A stretch of DNA of 50,923 nucleotides from Catajapyx aquilonaris (taxonomy: Eukaryota), in contig KZ538824.1 in NCBI GenBank assembly GCA_000934665.2, forward strand, positions 1-50,923. Reading direction: 5' to 3'. Shown here one piece after another: positions 48,007 through 50,923 of the stretch (its first letter is position 1; every line of letters begins with the position of its first letter). Position numbers and translations under genes: made by a program. Below the pieces are notes generated by a model, which worked only from the letters and a program-made list of their open reading frames with translations, was not told where the DNA came from and made no database searches.

Positions 48007-50730
48007 TTTTTTGTAAGTTAAGTAATATTTTATCATTAAAATTTTTAACTGAATTTCATGTGCCTATGCCTGCAACGTCAGTAAATTTTATCAAACCTTT
48101 TTGTTTAGTTTTTAAAATAATAAAACCTTTCTTTCTTCATCAGCACATTACATAAATATTATGGGTGGCATTAAGCCAAACCAACAATATGAATTAAATT
48201 TTAGGTCAGAAAATATTGAACAATTAGTTTTACTTGAAGACTATAATATGTAACCCGTTTACAGTTGTAACCGTATACGTTACAAAAACGATAGTGGGTT
48301 CATCGCTCAATACAGATCTTTATTGTGTACGAGTGTACAGAGATATACGGGAAAAGAAAGGAAAGTACCGGATATCATAGGCAAGGACAAGCAGGAGGGA
48401 TTTGGCTCAGTGAACTACCCAATAACGACTGGCCATGAGTATCCGGAGGTCCCCCCGTTTTATGCCATCCAAAAACCCAATGCATGATGGGTGGAGTGGG
48501 GCATAATGGGAAAAAAAGGGAAAGTGACCTTGAGCGGCATACCGCTCAGGGTGAAAGAAAGTGAAAGTGATGGGATGAGATGCGTGGTGGGGACTGCTTC
48601 TGTCACACAGTAGCCTACGGGGTTGTGCACACACACTGTCATTCTCAAGGGGGCTAGAGCAAGGGAGGATATAATTTTTCACTCTAAAAAAATTATGCCA
48701 ATTGCCATCATTGGAGCTGTAAAGCGGTTGACAGGAAAATCTGTGCCAACTGCAGAGTGATCCAAAATCCTTGTTTGATTCCTGTTGCAACTTTTTGTGG
48801 TAAGCTGCTTATTTTTAAGCAGTTACTTTTGCATGCCTTTGGTGGCTGTTACTCTTATGTTGTTATGTAGACCGATCCTTTAAAAAAACCTTCAATGGGA
48901 GTCTGGCCTTCAAAATATATGTAATTTAATACATTTATTATCAGTAGTGGAGCCAATTTATTGTTCAAGCGTCATATTAGCAATTTCAATATATTAACAG
49001 GTACACTGTAAACCGCAAACTGGTGAGTCTCTCATGGAATATCAATTTTTAATGCTCTTCTAATGCTTTATTGTGATTCTTTTTTGTTGCTAAAAAGCAC
49101 CACAAGAGCATTAGAAGAGCATTAAAAATTGATGTTCCATCAGAGACTCAACAGTAGTCCTCTTTTAATGTTTTGCGGTTTACAGTGTAGTAAAATTAAA
49201 GTCTAACCGAGAAACAAATAAAGTTAGCCTACAATTTGTAGCCCAATATAATTGGAGTAATTTTTATTACTACAAGAATGTCTTGAAGGCTACCTTTGTT
49301 AGTAGTGTACCCCGTACAGGTACGCTATATACATTATTTCATACCTGCCATTTATCCACTTGGTAAAAGAGCAGGGTTCAGTGCCTCCTTGGCCTAGTCT
49401 CACCCCGAATGTTGTTTCCAGGATTGTGTGACAGCACATTTAGTTTGTGGAGGCAATGATGTAATAAAAACCAGAGGGAGGGGGAGGGTGTGTTGTCAAA
49501 GTGTGGCAAAGTATAACTAGAGGATGAGGGGATGGAGCTTCAAAAATGAAAGAAAAAAACAACAGTAGCCCCAAGTTCATATTATCTCATGTTCACTTCA
49601 CCTGCTCCTCACCTTGGGAAATCGGAGAAAAGATATTCCAGTCAACCCAGAAGGTCCTTCATGCTTGCTGGAGCATCCTTGGGGGCAACAATAGGTTCGC
49701 TTCTTGTGTGGCATGGCTTGGCCAAGAGGAGGTCCGCTTTGCTCGTTGTTTCCATCCGAAGAAGTTTTGGAACACTCCGGCCAGCTTTCTTACTTGACCT
49801 CAAATGACCGCTTCGAGTGTTTGGAATGTGTCACGTGACTTGTTCTTTATTTACTTGAAAATAGTTTATAAAATTACATGCTTATTGGGATTAAACCTCA
49901 TTTTTACTACATGCAGGTTTACAGCCGATCCTAATATAAGATATTTTATTCATCCCGCTGCCGAAAATGATAGGTTGGCAGCCTTCCTGCAGCTTCCTCT
50001 TTAGCAGCGGCCGGCCCATACGTGTGACGCAATCCCTGGGTGAAGTGTCCGAATCAGCACGCACCCGTCGGATTAGATGGTCCCACTGTCCCCATTTTTT
50101 CACCCTGACCCGCTTATTTTTCATCACCGCAGTGTCTTCCTACGTTAGAGAAGTCTCCTCCTCTCCTTCTTCAGGACTGCAAGTGTTCGCCGGTTATATC
50201 ATAATTGTTTTTGTTGTTGGTAAGTATTGTACAGTATGTTTCACTCTCCTCAACAATGAGAGGATACCATGTGATATAATGACTGGTGCCTTTCAGGGGA
50301 TCATCTTTTCAGGTGACCAACATTTATTCATCTACTGTGTCGTGACTGATTTTAATCATGGGAGCTGGGAGAAAAAACGAGAGAATCGCGAAAATACCCA
50401 CGCGATCGGTAAGGAGATCGAAACACTTGAAAATTTATGTATGTTCATGAAAGAGACCTCTCATATATTATAATAAATTGTATGGTATATTGATAGAATG
50501 ATAGCATTGCCAAGTTTGTATACCATTTCCAAAACACATAAACTTATGCTCTGTTGTTCCCAGCCATGAAATAATTTGATTGTAGAACTTGAAAACTATA
50601 ATTATGCCAGTAAGGCATATTGTTCATCAAAGTGTGACAGGAAGTCACATAATAATTGGATCAGGGGAACTGCAGAACATAATTATTGCTACAATAAGCA
50701 ATTACCTGGCATCTTCTTTATATATATATA
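48007..50730 (+). repeat. Tandem segmental duplication, copy B
   Basis: Colinear with 42366-45420; ends at a MITE insertion at 50731. Confidence 0.9.
48266..48607 (-). mobile_element. Solo LTR (Gypsy-like 4-bp TSD)
   Basis: TGT...ACA ends, TSD CAGT at 48262-48265 and 48608-48611, absent from duplication copy A (empty site near 42870), AATAAA on minus strand near 48318. Confidence 0.75.
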
Positions 50731-50923
50731 CAGGGTGTATCTGAACTCAGTGCCCCGACGTATATGACTGCCTTCCTAGCCACCAGAGGATCGATTTAAG
50801 TATAGGAGTCATTATGTTTGGCCGCCGCATTACGGAGATAATTGGCCGCAAACATGTAGTACAAAATATCCTATCGGTTAGGCCACCCATCGAACCCTCC
50901 CCCAGTCAGAAGGCTCTGGAAGG
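50731..50923. mobile_element. Start of a Tc1/mariner-type element, cut by the window end
   Basis: TA|CAGGGTGTATC terminus exactly where similarity to copy A ends. Confidence 0.65.

Overview
Animal (most likely arthropod) genomic DNA. One complete 20-coding-exon type I fatty acid synthase gene lies on + (7569-21228, about 2395 aa, KS-AT-DH-psiME/psiKR-ER-KR-ACP-TE). All catalytic residues are retained, but the ketosynthase is divergent (DAACAAS instead of DTACSSS). It sits tail-to-tail with two tandem long-chain acyl-CoA dehydrogenase (ACADL/LCAD-type) paralogs on - (21995-23296 and 27265-28572), both with intronless CDSs, which differ mostly in predicted substrate-pocket helices. This FAS + 2x ACADL arrangement is the main candidate for a specialised lipid gene cluster (inference, unproven). 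The rest is TE-rich: many nested MITEs/foldbacks (Tc1/mariner, pogo, hAT, piggyBac and CACTA/Chapaev-type ends), several tRNA-derived SINE families sharing one 3' tail, a split LINE ORF1 remnant, a solo LTR, a hairpin built from transposase coding sequence, microsatellites, and a tandem duplication (about 5.3-5.6 kb offset) carrying exons of an unidentified gene. All coordinates were read by eye; no searches were run.
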